NCBI GenBank assembly: GCA_976226885.1 | Contig: OZ320322.1 | Span: 25,730,001 to 25,794,000 of the forward strand | From: Iphione sp. A-MEVVRFRX5 | Taxonomy: Eukaryota | Reading direction: 5' to 3' | DNA length: 64,000 nt | In this document: positions 12,001 to 24,693 of the stretch, piece after piece | How the letters are laid out: every line of letters starts with the position of its first letter | Numbering within the stretch: the stretch's first letter is position 1 | Position numbers and translations under genes: made by a program | Notes under the pieces: generated by a model | The model's input: the letters and a program-made list of their open reading frames with translations, nothing else | What the model was told of the DNA's origin: nothing | Databases searched by the model: none

Positions 12001-15000
12001 ACCCACTTGCACGTTTATATATTCATATTGTTAGCCCCGAACAAAGTGACATGACTCTTGTTGTACAATTGTGACCGAGGTTTATTCCAAGACAGCACAG
12101 AAAAGAATGGCAAAAATTCCCTCCAGTCCCTTATACAGCCAATGTTAATCTGTCTGGAGAGGCCAAACTCCGGCAAATCCCGGAAACAACAACTCCGCCG
12201 AACTCCGCCTGGAGCATAACTAACTCTGGGCGCAGGCCAAACACTATGTGAGATTGAAGCAAATCGAGGAGAAGCGGGAGCATTCCATGCATATAGAATA
12301 TATCGATATATTTTAGAAATTCATTTCTTTCCGTTCTTTGAGCCTGTACTACCTGTATACTGTATGCCGCCTGCCTCCTAAACAGTTTCAAGACATGTAT
12401 AAATCCATGCGACCTCCAAGTAGCCTGATGAATGATGACATGCATTTTTAGTTAATATGCATATGTGTCTAAATTAGCGAGCAGATTTATCAACAGGTAT
12501 AGATGATATCAGATACATGCTCTCAAGGCACATTATCTACTTACCATTCATCTATCAAATCGGCCATATTCGGTCAACATGTTCTATGCGGCTCTCGTGG
12601 TTCGGATCAACCTGCTGTCGTTTGGGCACAATATGTCTCATTTCCAATCATGTTGTGGGAAAAGTAATCTTCGTTACTGCAAATCAAGCAAACGATATCA
12701 GTAGAATATTCTGTTATTCCACCTACGGACCTTAGCTATCAATTGAATTCGATGAATCGCATGACATTTCTTGCAGATCGCTCCTTAATGGCTCTCCTTA
12801 CTGGATAATACTTATTCCCCTCGGTACTATGCGGACCTGTGGTGTACAACTTGTGAAGCTTTTCCTTGTCGTTCAATAGTGGTGCATTGCCTACAATACC
12901 CTCTCATTACGAGACGTCTAGTTATGAAAGGGTTGTAAGGATATGCAACAGACTTCCTAGTACAATTTATGAAGATAATTTAGTGTTCAGGCCTAAATCG
13001 GCTCTTCGTGCAAATATACAACACATTTGTCATTTCAATTTATAGCAATGCTGAAATGGAGGCAATTATGATATAATCATGTATTAACAAAGTACAAGCG
13101 CCTTTGGCGAGAGAGAGGGAGAGAGAGAGGGGGGGCAGGGAGGGTTGTAAAATAGTACCTTGTACTTTGACCCCTCTTCCAAGTTTACAACCCTCGGTTC
13201 TGCTTGACTGAACAGAGGGGTAGGAATACACCACTCTGTGTAGAAAGTAGGGCCACATATGTCATATGGTTTTTAGTAATTTAAGCATTTTACATACACA
13301 ATAGATGAATAATCATCCTTCTTTTGTCCTACAATATCATTATGCATGAAGTACTTACAAAAATAATGTATTTTGGTATAATCACATCAGAATGACATGG
13401 CAGCCCCCATGGCCGGACTACTTTTAGGCAACATTTTATATAGGTAGTGTAAATAACACATGGAGGATGGTTTCGCCCCACTTCAAATGGAGACATTTGA
13501 GATTCTGCAGGCAAACACAGATACAAAGTATGTCTTTTCTACACACATGACTTAACATTGTTCGCATATATAATATTAAGAAAATCCATGTAGAAACGTT
13601 GGGATATCGATATACAGAAGGAGCACTGAGGCATATAGCCATTGAAGTGAATAACGTTTACTGACCGCAGGTATACCCTGGTATTCACTGGTTTACGACT
13701 GCTGCGAGGCTTGTAAGGGGGTCATTGTTGCCATAGAGACATTTCAACGGATTTTGTTGAAGTAGGGTGTGGTAACGCGAGTACAAAAAAATACACTCAG
13801 ACAAAGGGGTTTTACCGTTCTTTTATGAAGGTTTCGTAGGCATGGCAATCCTTGGAAGTATTATATGGCATGTTATGCTCTAAATCAAAGGACATTAACA
13901 CCACTTAAGAGGAATCCCCAAAACTGCACACAAAGCCTGGTAAACGCCATCATTACCACATTCCAAGGGAGAGAAGCCTTATTTTCAGAGAAGAAGAAAG
14001 TCACGAAAACACAAAATAGTTTGGAAAAGACTACACCACGAAAGACTATGGCCCTTATGGACCTCGGAATAATGATTGGTGTTTTATGCAAACCAAAGAC
14101 GTAGAATTACTGGAGTAAACGTTGTGTGATCGCCACTATCTTCTTCATCAGATTTGTTGTCTACAGAAATATTTATGCAAATATTACAGTAAGTCAGTGG
14201 TTTCCTTTAGACTGTAGATGTCCATGATCCACTAGATTTTGTCTATCGTATTTGTGTTTTCCTCGTATTTTTCTAAATAGTCACACAAATATTATACCAA
14301 GGTACGATTATATCATGGATTCATTGCAGGTATAAACACTCGATCGGTTCTGACACAGATGATGATACGCAATGAAGCCACCTGAAAACCATGAAAGTCA
14401 AGTTAGTCTTTCAACATTTCATCAGCATTCCAAAAACCTCCTCAAATTATATCAATTGACAGATGTATGATAGCATGAAAGTGGTATGTTACTTTCACTG
14501 GTATTTACCGACTAAACCTGTACATTGATGGTTAAATTCTTCGTGTTGTAACCGGTGAATTGCCCTTCTGACGCGCGATTTCTAGTCTCTCTGATGCTAT
14601 CATATGGGAAAGTTAATGTAAGTTTGTTTTTTTATGACAAACATGTTACGGATGATCTGACTGCCATGTAAATTAATGTTAACCTGTTTGGTTTAGAATT
14701 TTTAAGATAATAACATGCATTGATGATGACAGATAAATATAACTAGTATCAAACTTGCATGGGTATTGGTGTCATTCAGTGAAATATACATGGTTGAATC
14801 AATAAAGATCTAGTGAAATACAAACTGGAGCTCGTAACGTCACGTGAAGAAAAACAGTTCTCATGTATTCATATCTTATATATAATAAAGAAATAATCCT
14901 TTTAATATTGCTTTTCATCCACAGTAGTAAATTTTAATGATCAATGAGCCATATGTCAAAAGTCACCCAAAGCAAAGTTTCTTGCATGTTCAACATAATA

Positions 15001-17609
15001 TGCTTGATGCGCTTCCTCACAAGATATGCTTGATTTGCTATCATTTGTTGTTATTTGACACATTGATAAACCCCTACTGCAATTTATCTAGCACTCCTCC
15101 CGCTTTCCAAACGACTGCAGTCTGTCCAGGGTCCAGACTGGATACTTCTTATAATGTGCCTAGACACGTGACGTGGTCATAAGACAGAGTCTAAAAAACC
15201 TAAACACACATTTGAAATAAAATGATGGTGTCTGAAAATAAATATCACTTACGCCCAAACTATAATCCAGATATTACAGGAATGAGACATGACAGTACTA
15301 ATTGGGTAGCAGTTGGCAGGAGCATAGCCAGACATACACCAAAGCTCCGAAGAAGAGACATCAAACTCTCGATTTTAAAGTATTGAAACCTCTTCCCTAG
15401 AGCCCATGGATATACCTGTATTCAAGCTGTATTCTTTTTCCATGCATTATAAATTTGGTATGGAAGATCTCCAGAACATTTTCCTGGTGACATCTTAGCA
15501 TCTATTAATATCACATACATGAGTGACGTCCATATTCTCTTTTATAATATAGTGTTTAAGAGCATTCAATTATTTCGTGATTCTGTTCTCCGTTTGGCCT
15601 GTTTTTGGTTAATAGCCAGTTCTGCATGTGATGAGGTAGGACTGGTAATTGCCACACCACCGGTCTTTGGTCGGATGCTAAAACTGTTGCTGTTACAGAT
15701 AATTTAATCCGACTTATTAGTCCAGTTGACAACAGTTGTATGTTCCTGGTGTCTTTTAGGGATCTCGATCGATTCTGTGGATGCTCTTCTCGCTGGTCTC
15801 TTGCAGCGCGGTAATCGCGGCCAAGTGTTTGCTCTTCCGTTTGTCTTTCGCCCAAACTTCCTACATGGAAGTTGTTTGACTGGTCGTTTCTGCTTTCGCA
15901 ATATATTATGATTTCATATAGGACTACCAAACTTATTTTTCACTTTGGGTCAGAAAAATCTATTGTTTAATGTACACCTTCATCGAAAATCTACCCAAAA
16001 TATGCCCATTCACAAGAAGAACAAATCAATTACAAAAATTATCCTGCAAGGGTATCATTTTGCAATTGGCCTTCTCCCCTTGATGTAATGGTAAATTAAG
16101 GTTTTAGCCCATATCCATGTCAGAAAAATATAGGGATAAATGTCGAGGAGGCAGAAACACTCCACTTCTCTGTTCCCACTCAAACTTATATACTTATATA
16201 TTCAAGGGATGTAGGCAATCAAGTCATTCTGTGGTTGTTGCCTGCAGTGAGAGAACATATTTCACACTCTAGAAACAAGGCAATTGAAAGATGTGATTGA
16301 TCATATTATTGGTTAAGCGAACACTGTGGTGATAAAAATAGATGTATATAATTTTGAGTAGACACCTAAGGGTAGTCCTTCTTCCGGGAAATGAAGGCAA
16401 CGGAGGTCTTGCCTATATGCTGGATGTTCGGAGCTCAGACATTAAAAGATTGTTCTCCAACCTGTGTCTTGTCGTTTTGTTGTAATAGGTACAGATAACA
16501 CTCCAAAAAGTACAGCTGAGTCACTGACTATCTTTACTGTATATAAAACAATGTTATGTTTTACTTCTGTAAAAAAGTAACTTGTTTTTACATAGATATT
16601 TATATGTAACTACCAAGGAGAAAACGTCTTGTTTTGGATAATGCTATTCATTGGTAACTACGAATGAAAAATTATCTTGCTTTTGGCATTGCCATTTATA
16701 GATAAATGTTGGCATTTCAGGTGGCGAAGCCCGTGGAAAGGTATGGCAGGAATAGTATGCAGAAAGAATTGAATGGATTTCAATTTAGTTTACTGACATT
16801 TCATAATTTTGAATGATTAGAATCAAAGACTTTGCTCTTCCTGATTCTAGACATTTGCAATGATATTCCATCTTCCAAGTAACTGAATATATCTGATCTT
16901 TCAGCGTGGATGCCGACCGGCGGCTTATCGTAGCCGTATTTACAAGAATTTCAGAATGCACGACGGTTATGTACAGAGATGTGTTGCCCATGTGTTCAGT
17001 GAGAGATGTACTGGCTTATGCCCTGCCACTGTCATCAAGAAAGCTGCTCATGGTGGTGCCCGTCGAGCATATGGTGTGCCACACGGAAATGGTGTTCAAC
17101 ATGGTTATGGTGTCAGTCGTGGATATGGTACACAGCATAGATATGGTGTCCAACAGGGGTATGGTGTCCAACATGGTTATGGTGTGAGTCAGGGCTATGG
17201 TGCCCAGCGTGGATACGGTAATCAATATGGGTATGGTTTCCAGCGTGGATATGGTGCCAGTCATGGCTATGGTGTCCAATATGGATATGGCTTCGGTCGT
17301 GGATATGGTGCCAGTTATGGACATAATGTCCGGGGTGGATATGGTAACTATGGTAATTATGGTTATGGTCGATCTGGGACCCATGGAACTTATGGTGGTT
17401 ATGGCCAACACAGATCTGCTGCCCATGGTCCAAAGAGCTCTGGCGCCGGAAAGGGCAAACTCAAGACCTACTACCAGGCCAATTGCTGTAGAGCTGCTGC
17501 TGTGTCCCCTAGACAAGTATGGGTCACATATCAATGTGGCAAATACGGATTCAAACGAGTTCTTTTGACCCAGAACCTTCCAAAGGAATGTTATTGTACG
17601 TCCTGGTAA
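9034..17609 (+). CDS. CK1: secreted cystine-knot protein with a Gly/Tyr-rich repeat insert (258 aa, 3 exons)
   Basis: Exons 9034-9085 (MAFKIVLTLCLLAMVLT, G|gtaagt, phase 1), 16721-16740 (20-nt micro-exon, catttcag|...AAG|gtatgg, adds GGEARGK) and 16905-17609 (tttcag|, phase 0). Cys pattern C-x22-C-x8-CTGLC-x154-CC-x15-C-x17-CYC-TSW*. AATAAA at 18026. The join across the 7.6-kb first intron is inferred from phase compatibility and from the parallel structure of CK2. Confidence 0.8.
11595..12900 (-). pseudogene. Possible tubulin-tyrosine-ligase-like (ATP-grasp) pseudogene, antisense within CK1 intron 1
   Basis: Minus-strand fragments in the expected order: LLNDKEKLHKL, then KYID...PLLLD...FGLRPELV (cf. 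QxYIxxPLLxxxxKFDLRxYVLV), then LLFGDEMFDLTLTRLNLQN (cf. ELxGxDxxxDxxLxPWLLEVN). Interrupted by stops and frameshifts. Confidence 0.3.
17067..17318 (+). repeat. Coding 18-bp tandem repeat, 14 GYG-x-x-x hexapeptides
   Basis: AYGVPH GNGVQH GYGVSR GYGTQH RYGVQQ GYGVQH GYGVSQ GYGAQR GYGNQY GYGFQR GYGASH GYGVQY GYGFGR GYGASY. Confidence 0.95.
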
Positions 17610-18853
17610 GTGACTTTCATAAATACCTTTCATGTTTTTTTTTAACTTCACTTCTGTTGAAAACGATTGAATCGAGAATGCTTTTTTCTGGCAAAAACTG
17701 GTTTTAGTGCTGGAAGCTTAAATGTCATGATTTGTATATGTGACAACCATCCATTCTCACACGATTCGTATGCTGTAAGAGTGAATCTATCTACTTTAGG
17801 GTCCTTCAGTGATGAATTTGAGTAACAAATAAGGACAAATAGTGATATATACATGTAACCTGGGAGCGTGCATAAACACTCGCTCATAAGGAATGGTATA
17901 TTTGTAATACGAGCATATGTAAAGCTTATCTTTATTTTTAATTAAGATGGAAATTTTCTAATATCTCCTTGTTCTTGTTCATCATTCTTTACCATACCCA
18001 TTCTTTATTAATGTTCTTTTTAAAAAATAAATGTCCCTTATCCCCATCTTCATCTCGTACTCCCAACATTTCTAGTCAGACCGTTGAGGGAATAAATTTA
18101 AATCTGCCTACATAGGATTTCCATATTTTTGATATGAAATCTATAAATATATTCTTGATGTGTCTTTTACAGCAATTTCTGAATACTCTTGCACATGTGC
18201 TGATGTTGAAAACATGCTGGTAATGTACTAAGACATGTGCTAACTGCGTCTCGGTCTAGTTAAGGTGGAATTTTGGTATATCCAAAAATAATTCATTTCA
18301 ATAAAATATAGACTTAAATTTGCATTTCATTTCTAGATATCTCAATTACCTCATCATGTGGAATCTTACTTAAAAACCACGCTCTTAAAAGTTAGTACTT
18401 TGTAGTTGGTCATGATCCTATATTTCAGATGGTTCCTGTGGCATCAGTGTGAGAGGAGGGAGGGGGTACACAGCCAAAAATCCCTTTCTTGGTTCAAGAA
18501 AATTTCTTATTTTAAGATTTATTATCATAAAACAAGATATTATCTTAGTTTAGCTATCTTAAATTTTAATAAGTAGTGCATTGATCAAGATATTTCTAGT
18601 AGATTTTATTTAAAATAAGACAAATCTAGGTTTATCTTATCATTATTACTTAATTTAAGATAATTTAATTATTTTTTCTCACATAAATAGAAATCTTTAC
18701 TCCACCTTTCTTAAAAAGAGAAAATAGAGTAAATATTTGTCAAAATTTTATTGAATCTCTTGGATATTGCTGAACTACATCAAAATATTTTTTCCACAAA
18801 GAGTCATGGTGATGTAACTGCATGTACACCTTACACAATCAAACACTAAAGGA

Positions 18854-21800
18854 CTATATTTGAATATTTTCCTCAACATACAATTGAATAACATCCATCA
18901 AATCATAATTTGTTGGTATAAATGTCTCATCAGTCATTGCTACTCCTGTAAAGGGCATTTTGTGTATTAAATTTTCTAACTTCGTCCATACAAAACTTTC
19001 AGCTAGTAGAGGAATTTCAATATGGTAAGCCTGTAATTTTTCATTGAAACATATGGTCTTGTACATTTGTAACTCTAAAAAAATATCATTTCCTTTACTA
19101 CAAGTGTAAATACCTTGCACTAGACCAAAGCAAGGATGGAACTCTGTGGTTTCAGTGATCACATATGACTGACCTTTAATATATTTCATCCCATGAACCT
19201 CAGCAGACTTACTTTTGTAGACACTAATATTTTCCTCAGCAATATTGCAAAATATTGCCATTTTGGTCTTTGCATTTAGTTCATCATTACCTGTAAGTTT
19301 AACAGCTTTTCCAAATTCTCCTTCACCAGAAAACAATGAATGTTTACCAGGATTTTCACCTTTATCAATGCATTCTGCAATTTGGGCCTCTGTTGCTACT
19401 GATTTAGCCAGGTTTATAAAGTTTTGTACTCTTGCAATACGTTTATAGTGAACGTGTTTACCTTCAAAACGCATACACCAATGTCTAATTGCTGGACCAA
19501 GTTTCTTAATATTAGAAGGAATATGCAGTAGATAGTGATGCTTAGGCAGAATACGGCAGTCTGGAAATAATTTCTTGAATGATAACAAATGATTTTTTAT
19601 CATGTCTTTAAGATTTGATAAAGTTGCAAAGCTTAAAACTGGTGCCATCACAATCTTAACTATCTCAACCAATTCTATGAAAAAAGAATAGTAATTAGTG
19701 TTCACATCTACAAGTTGAGACAAAATAAAAGGTAATATTTTCAATAATACAATAGTTTGACTGGATGATTGTTTAATCTTATTATCATCTGTGTGAAGTG
19801 TACTCATTTGAAGCAAGGTTGGTTTTGAGCTAACATTATTATATCCATAGTTAAAGTTAGCAAGCTGATCATTCAACTGTTGTAAAGTGAAGATTTTGCT
19901 GTCTAATATGTAGAATTTCAATAACAGCTTCAGTTCATATTGTGCTATGCCTTCAAAGATCACATGCATAATATCTTGTGGCAAGCAAATAGAAATATCA
20001 AAGTAAGGAAATTCTAATAGTATGCTCTGTCTAGTAATGCCATACAAAGTACTCAGATAGTCTCTCATATATTTAGAATTTGCTCGTTCTATCTCTACAC
20101 ACCTGCTTTGATAATCCTCTACAGTAAGGCACACAAAATCATTTTCATTAAATATCGTTTGCATATCATCATCAGTACATTGACATTGACGACATTTTTG
20201 ATATGCTCCACCTACACCTTCTTTGAAACCACCAATTAAGTTGCTTGCTGGAGTATCACCAATCACTGAATGGAGTGTAGCATAAAACAATATTTCATGG
20301 CCATTGATTTCAAAGGTGAAGCCATTTCCTAAGATAATCATCTCTTCTAGAAAAGGTTTCATTATTTTATTGATGCCATACTTATCAACAATATCTCTAT
20401 CAGCACAAGCAAGTAAACGAATGGCAGATAACTTGGATCGATATTTCAGGTTGATGTTTCCAATAGTGAAATAAAACATAGACAGTTTAGAGGTTTTGCT
20501 CCCAAGGGGATTGCATATTTCAAGATCATCAAAATACAATATTACTGCAAGGGAGTTTTTCTTCTTCAAGTTAGGATGTGTTTTGAAAAAATCTCCATCA
20601 CAAATATCAACAACATAACCAGGTGGTGCATACAGAGGTTGTGATGATAACATTTCTAATATTTTGTCATTCAACATCCACTGTTGGAGACTTTCTTGTA
20701 TGGGAATATAATAAAATTTATCTTGTACTACAGTAGGTTCTAGACAACCTGATTTACGCTTTCTCGTATATGTATGCCCTAGGACTATTTCCCTAGGCTT
20801 AATAAATGGAAAATTAGCTTGTAAATTCTTTTTCTGTTGGTATGCAGAATTCATGTTTGACATAGGATTCGTGTATTGTTCTATAGCATGATCTATGATA
20901 CTTTCCATCTCTGTTGGATTCGCTAGTCCAGTACTATGAACCTGCTCCATGACATGCTGCTTCAGTTGTCCAATGCTTTGGGAAATCAGAGCACTGCAGC
21001 CATCTACAATTTCATCAACTGCTGCCTATAACATAATAATTAAACACAAAACTGTACTATATGAATACATCAATATGTTAGGAAAAACTACATATCAGAA
21101 GTTTGTCCCCATTTGATAGCTCTTTCATGACAACACACACAAACTTAACTACATTAATATCAGACAGCTTACAGATTTGTATTTAGATATAAAGATGACA
21201 TTGGAGGAACATTTGCCATTTGACACTTCTTAGGACTAGATATATCTGAATTGATATAACAAATGGCTGTGAAATATAGATTTTCAGAAAAAACATCTGT
21301 CACACTACCTGTGTCAAACTGTGTTTTGTCTTTATACCCATCACAAACTGCACTGCTTTTCGTGTTATATTTTCTGGTTTATGACCTGCACTGCTTCCAG
21401 GATCCTGAAACAAGCATACATAACACAGGTATGGGTAGTGTATTGGTAATTATGACCTTAAATTGTTTTGTTACTAATAATTTGTTATACTTTACCAGTA
21501 AAACTATTTTATATATATATGTATTGGTATTATGTATTATATATATTTTCTATTTACCTCTGAGATCTAGGTAGTCTTAATATAGCCTTGAAATTATTTA
21601 TTAATACACCTGTCAGAAATAAATGACTTTATTGTTTAAATGGTTATTTTACATGACTATACATCAATAACTTACATTAAAAACATCAGTGTCATCTTCC
21701 AGAGTAGCTGGGTTACCCTCTGATGCTTCACTTTCATCAACCTCCCTTTGCATGTGGGTAGATTCATGATTTATTGCATTTCTGGGACTGTAGTTATACT

Positions 21801-21987
21801 CCTCACTGTGGTGTCTGGTGACATGTCGATAAAATGAGTTGAAACGGTGAAAGGAAGCAGGGCATCCATTTATTCTACATACTACAAAGAATTTTGGATC
21901 TTGGGAATGACTGATGTTCATATGGCTTAAAAGTTCCTTGAGTGTTATTGTCAGAACCAGAAGGCATATTGCACATCTCCAAGCCAT
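18854..21987 (-). CDS. EnSpm/CACTA-type transposase with N-terminal C2H2 zinc fingers (about 859 aa, 3 coding exons, intact)
   Basis: Exons 21987-21676 (MAWRCAIC...H...H, C..C...H...HH), 21404-21309 and 21025-18854, all GT-AG, phase 0, with no internal stops. Motifs YFDDLEICNPLG, GDTPASNLIGGFKE..CRQC, QDIMHVIFEG, PKHHYLLH and WCMRFEGKH. Confidence 0.92.
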
Positions 21988-23029
21988 CTTGTATACCAAA
22001 TTGCCAGCAAGTCTGGTTGTAGATCCTAAAGAAAAATAGAGTTACATGAATGCCAACAAATTCTAGTGTTAAGTTGTACACAGTAAACAGTAAGTACAGT
22101 TAATTCAAATTATCCAAACAAGATGTTTTCCCTATCTATCCACTTGTTCTTACATATAACTATCTATATGTATATGACAAAGTCCACCAAAAAATGTACC
22201 AGAATGTAATCTCCAGGATGGTCTTTTTTTTAGTAAAAAACAGCGTTAAATTTTATATTTTAAATTACTTTTGCTATGATGAGACTAGGGAGCATCAGGA
22301 GTCTGTGCTAATCTTTGTACTACCTCCATAAATATTAGGTACTTTTCATAAATCAAATGCATCTTTAGCATAGCCTCCAGAAAAACTGTCTTTTCCCCTT
22401 TCATTCAAAGGGAATTCTCCTATGCCTTCTCTTCTTTTTCACCAGGTCTACTTTGTATGAAATGTTTTGTACATTATTCTGTTGCTCCTAAGAGTCCCCA
22501 TACCTGTAAAGGTACATAGTAACCCCAGCCTTGGCCTTGTTGCCCTTAGACATCCCCACACCTCTGCAGATGCTACCACTATCCTTTGCCTTGCTCCTAT
22601 TGCCCTTACAAATTCACAAACATCATCAGGTGCTATCCCCAGCCTTGACCTCACTCCTCTCACCCTAAGAAGTCCCTGCACTTTATCAGGTCTACACCAG
22701 CCTTGAAATGTTAGGAGAAAACATTCTTAAAATGTTTTCAAATGGTTGCAAACATTATAACCAAATGAGAACATTATAAAATGTTTTAAAAACATTCTGT
22801 GCTACCTGCGAAAAGAGTGCTCCCCACCTAAGAACAGAGACCTTACAATGACAGCTCCCTTCTCCAAAGGTCAAGTTCAGATTCAAAACACAACATTTGT
22901 ATGTTTGGATTTACCTTTACGTCGTTGGCAAAAATGCTCCGATTTTGATGCAAAAGGGTGCAAATGAAAGGTAAGGGTCTAAGGATTACAACCATGTATT
23001 TCTCATCTTTGTACAGTCATTAGTTTTTG

Positions 23030-23280
23030 AGCAATCAATGCTTAAAGTCGGGTCGTAATGATCGCGATTTGCGTGCGTCCATAGTGTTTACAAGCCCCCG
23101 ATGCATTTCGGCGCTGACGTTTTCGGCTCTACAGCGGCGGCAACTGCACCTAGAAACACGTGTAATAGCTCGTTGGAAAGCTCTTGATGAGAGCTTTCCA
23201 ATGAGCTATTACACATGTCTCTAGGTGCAGTTGCTGCCCCTGTAGAATCGAAAACGTAATGTGAAAACGTCCATGAAAAT
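23030..23280. promoter_or_regulatory. CpG-rich putative bidirectional promoter of the CMC element, containing a long hairpin
   Basis: This is the only CpG-dense patch in an otherwise CpG-poor element, and it lies between the 5' ends of the two divergent genes. It contains the inverted repeat 23117-23257. Confidence 0.55.
23117..23257. repeat. Near-perfect palindrome: 68-bp arms, 5-nt loop
   Basis: 23117-23184 pairs with 23190-23257: 61 of 68 Watson-Crick, 3 G-T, 4 mismatches. Core TTGGAAAGCTCT-TGATG-AGAGCTTTCCAA. Confidence 0.95.
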
Positions 23281-24693
23281 CAAATCACTTGAACTTAGTC
23301 CATATTCTTAGTGTAGCAGAATGACAAGGCATATATGCATAACATCACCAAAGAAAGACATTATAAACAGAATATCAAATATGTTATATGATTGTATTCA
23401 TGGTTTTGAAATACACCTATTTTTGCTTGATTGACTAGGTCTTTTAAAAGAGGTTCCAGTTTGTCAGTGCAAAACCAAAACAAAGCATCCCTGAGAATGA
23501 GGCTGAGCCCCTTCTTAAATAGATTTCTTGTGATAAAAAATATATATTAATCATGTATGCTTGCAAACTTGATATAATCATGCTATATCTCTCTTCTATG
23601 ATTGGACATAATATATGCATGTTTCTGTTGTGACTTTTCAAGTGAAAGAGTAATATTTACTTACTTTCTTTACTGGTTGAAATCAAGTCAGCTTATGATC
23701 ATGTCATCAAGTGAGGATAGAGTTCTTCAACAGGAGAAGAAATTATGCGAGAGGTCAAAAGTCATTGATTTACCTGCAGGTATGTGTGTCATTAGTATGA
23801 ATAAGTGTTGCTGTTGTGTTGATGAATTCCTTTGGTTGAAAGAATGTCTTTGTTTTACATATTTAAATGATTTTTATTCCAGAAACATTCATCCAAGTAA
23901 ATAAAATGCTCAATTTTCTATTTTTTTGTATCATCATACAGATAGTTAGGTAGACACTCCTGACAGTGCAGTGTAGCTAAGAAAATCTGATACTGTTTTT
24001 TTAATTTTTTTTTGTTACTCATCACTATGGCTGAAATATCTCCCAGCATGGGTATTGCACAAAAAAAGAAACACTATTTATTGAGAGACCTGACAGGGGC
24101 ATTCTTACATGTGATTCAGACTCATTGGTGTGTATTGCTATGAATGTTTGTCAAGTTGCTGTTAGCAACTGTCTTGGCACAAGTGGGGGGTTGATCATAA
24201 TCCAGATGGAACTAGTTCTTGTAAGTTTACAGCCTGCAGGTATACCACCTGTTAAAACCGGTTCTAACCAGTTTAAGCTAGTATGACCTGGATAAGAGCT
24301 ATATAAACAGAGATTTCCAGAAAGGGCAGCCATTTTGAAGCAGATAACAGTTTGGACAAAACCAAAGGTAAATTATCTATTTTTCTGTTTAAGAAAAGCA
24401 TTGATTTTCATCATTCTTCTTCTCTAGTGATGCTTATCAACTACAAATTCATAGTAGAACATATTTTAACAAACAAATGTGTTTATAACAAGTCTTTCCC
24501 TGATTCAAATAAAAAATTGCTCACCTACTCAATGTAATCTAGTCAACCTGACAAGTCAGCTTACACTTATTGTCATACTATTTTAGATTTTATAATCATC
24601 AGTAAGTGTCACAGATACAATATATTGGTGTTTAACAAGACTTTTTTATGATTTCTCACATGATAGGTTGTTGTTAGAGCAAAACTGAGAAAA

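Noticed and set aside
13670-14104. Exon-like stretch GIPWYSLVYDCCEACKG and nearby ORFs
   Set aside because: It hits a stop after about 31 codons, has no CxGxC/CxC scaffold and shows no recognisable family.
15616-15635. Alternative phase 1-to-0 micro-exon for CK1 (ASSACDE)
   Set aside because: Its splice sites are weaker than those of 16721-16740 and it would add an unmatched Cys; kept only as a fallback.
16906-17651. Overlapping ORFs 16906-17187(+), 17197-17568(+), 17016-17651(-) and 17113-17433(-)
   Set aside because: They are alternate-frame and antisense shadows of the stop-poor 18-bp GYG repeat; only the CK1 frame has the Cys scaffold and splice sites.
23701-23779. Upstream exon MSSSEDRVLQQ... 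as the start of the SAM gene
   Set aside because: Its phase-1 donor is not in frame with the acceptors before ATG 24694; more likely a 5' UTR exon or uORF.
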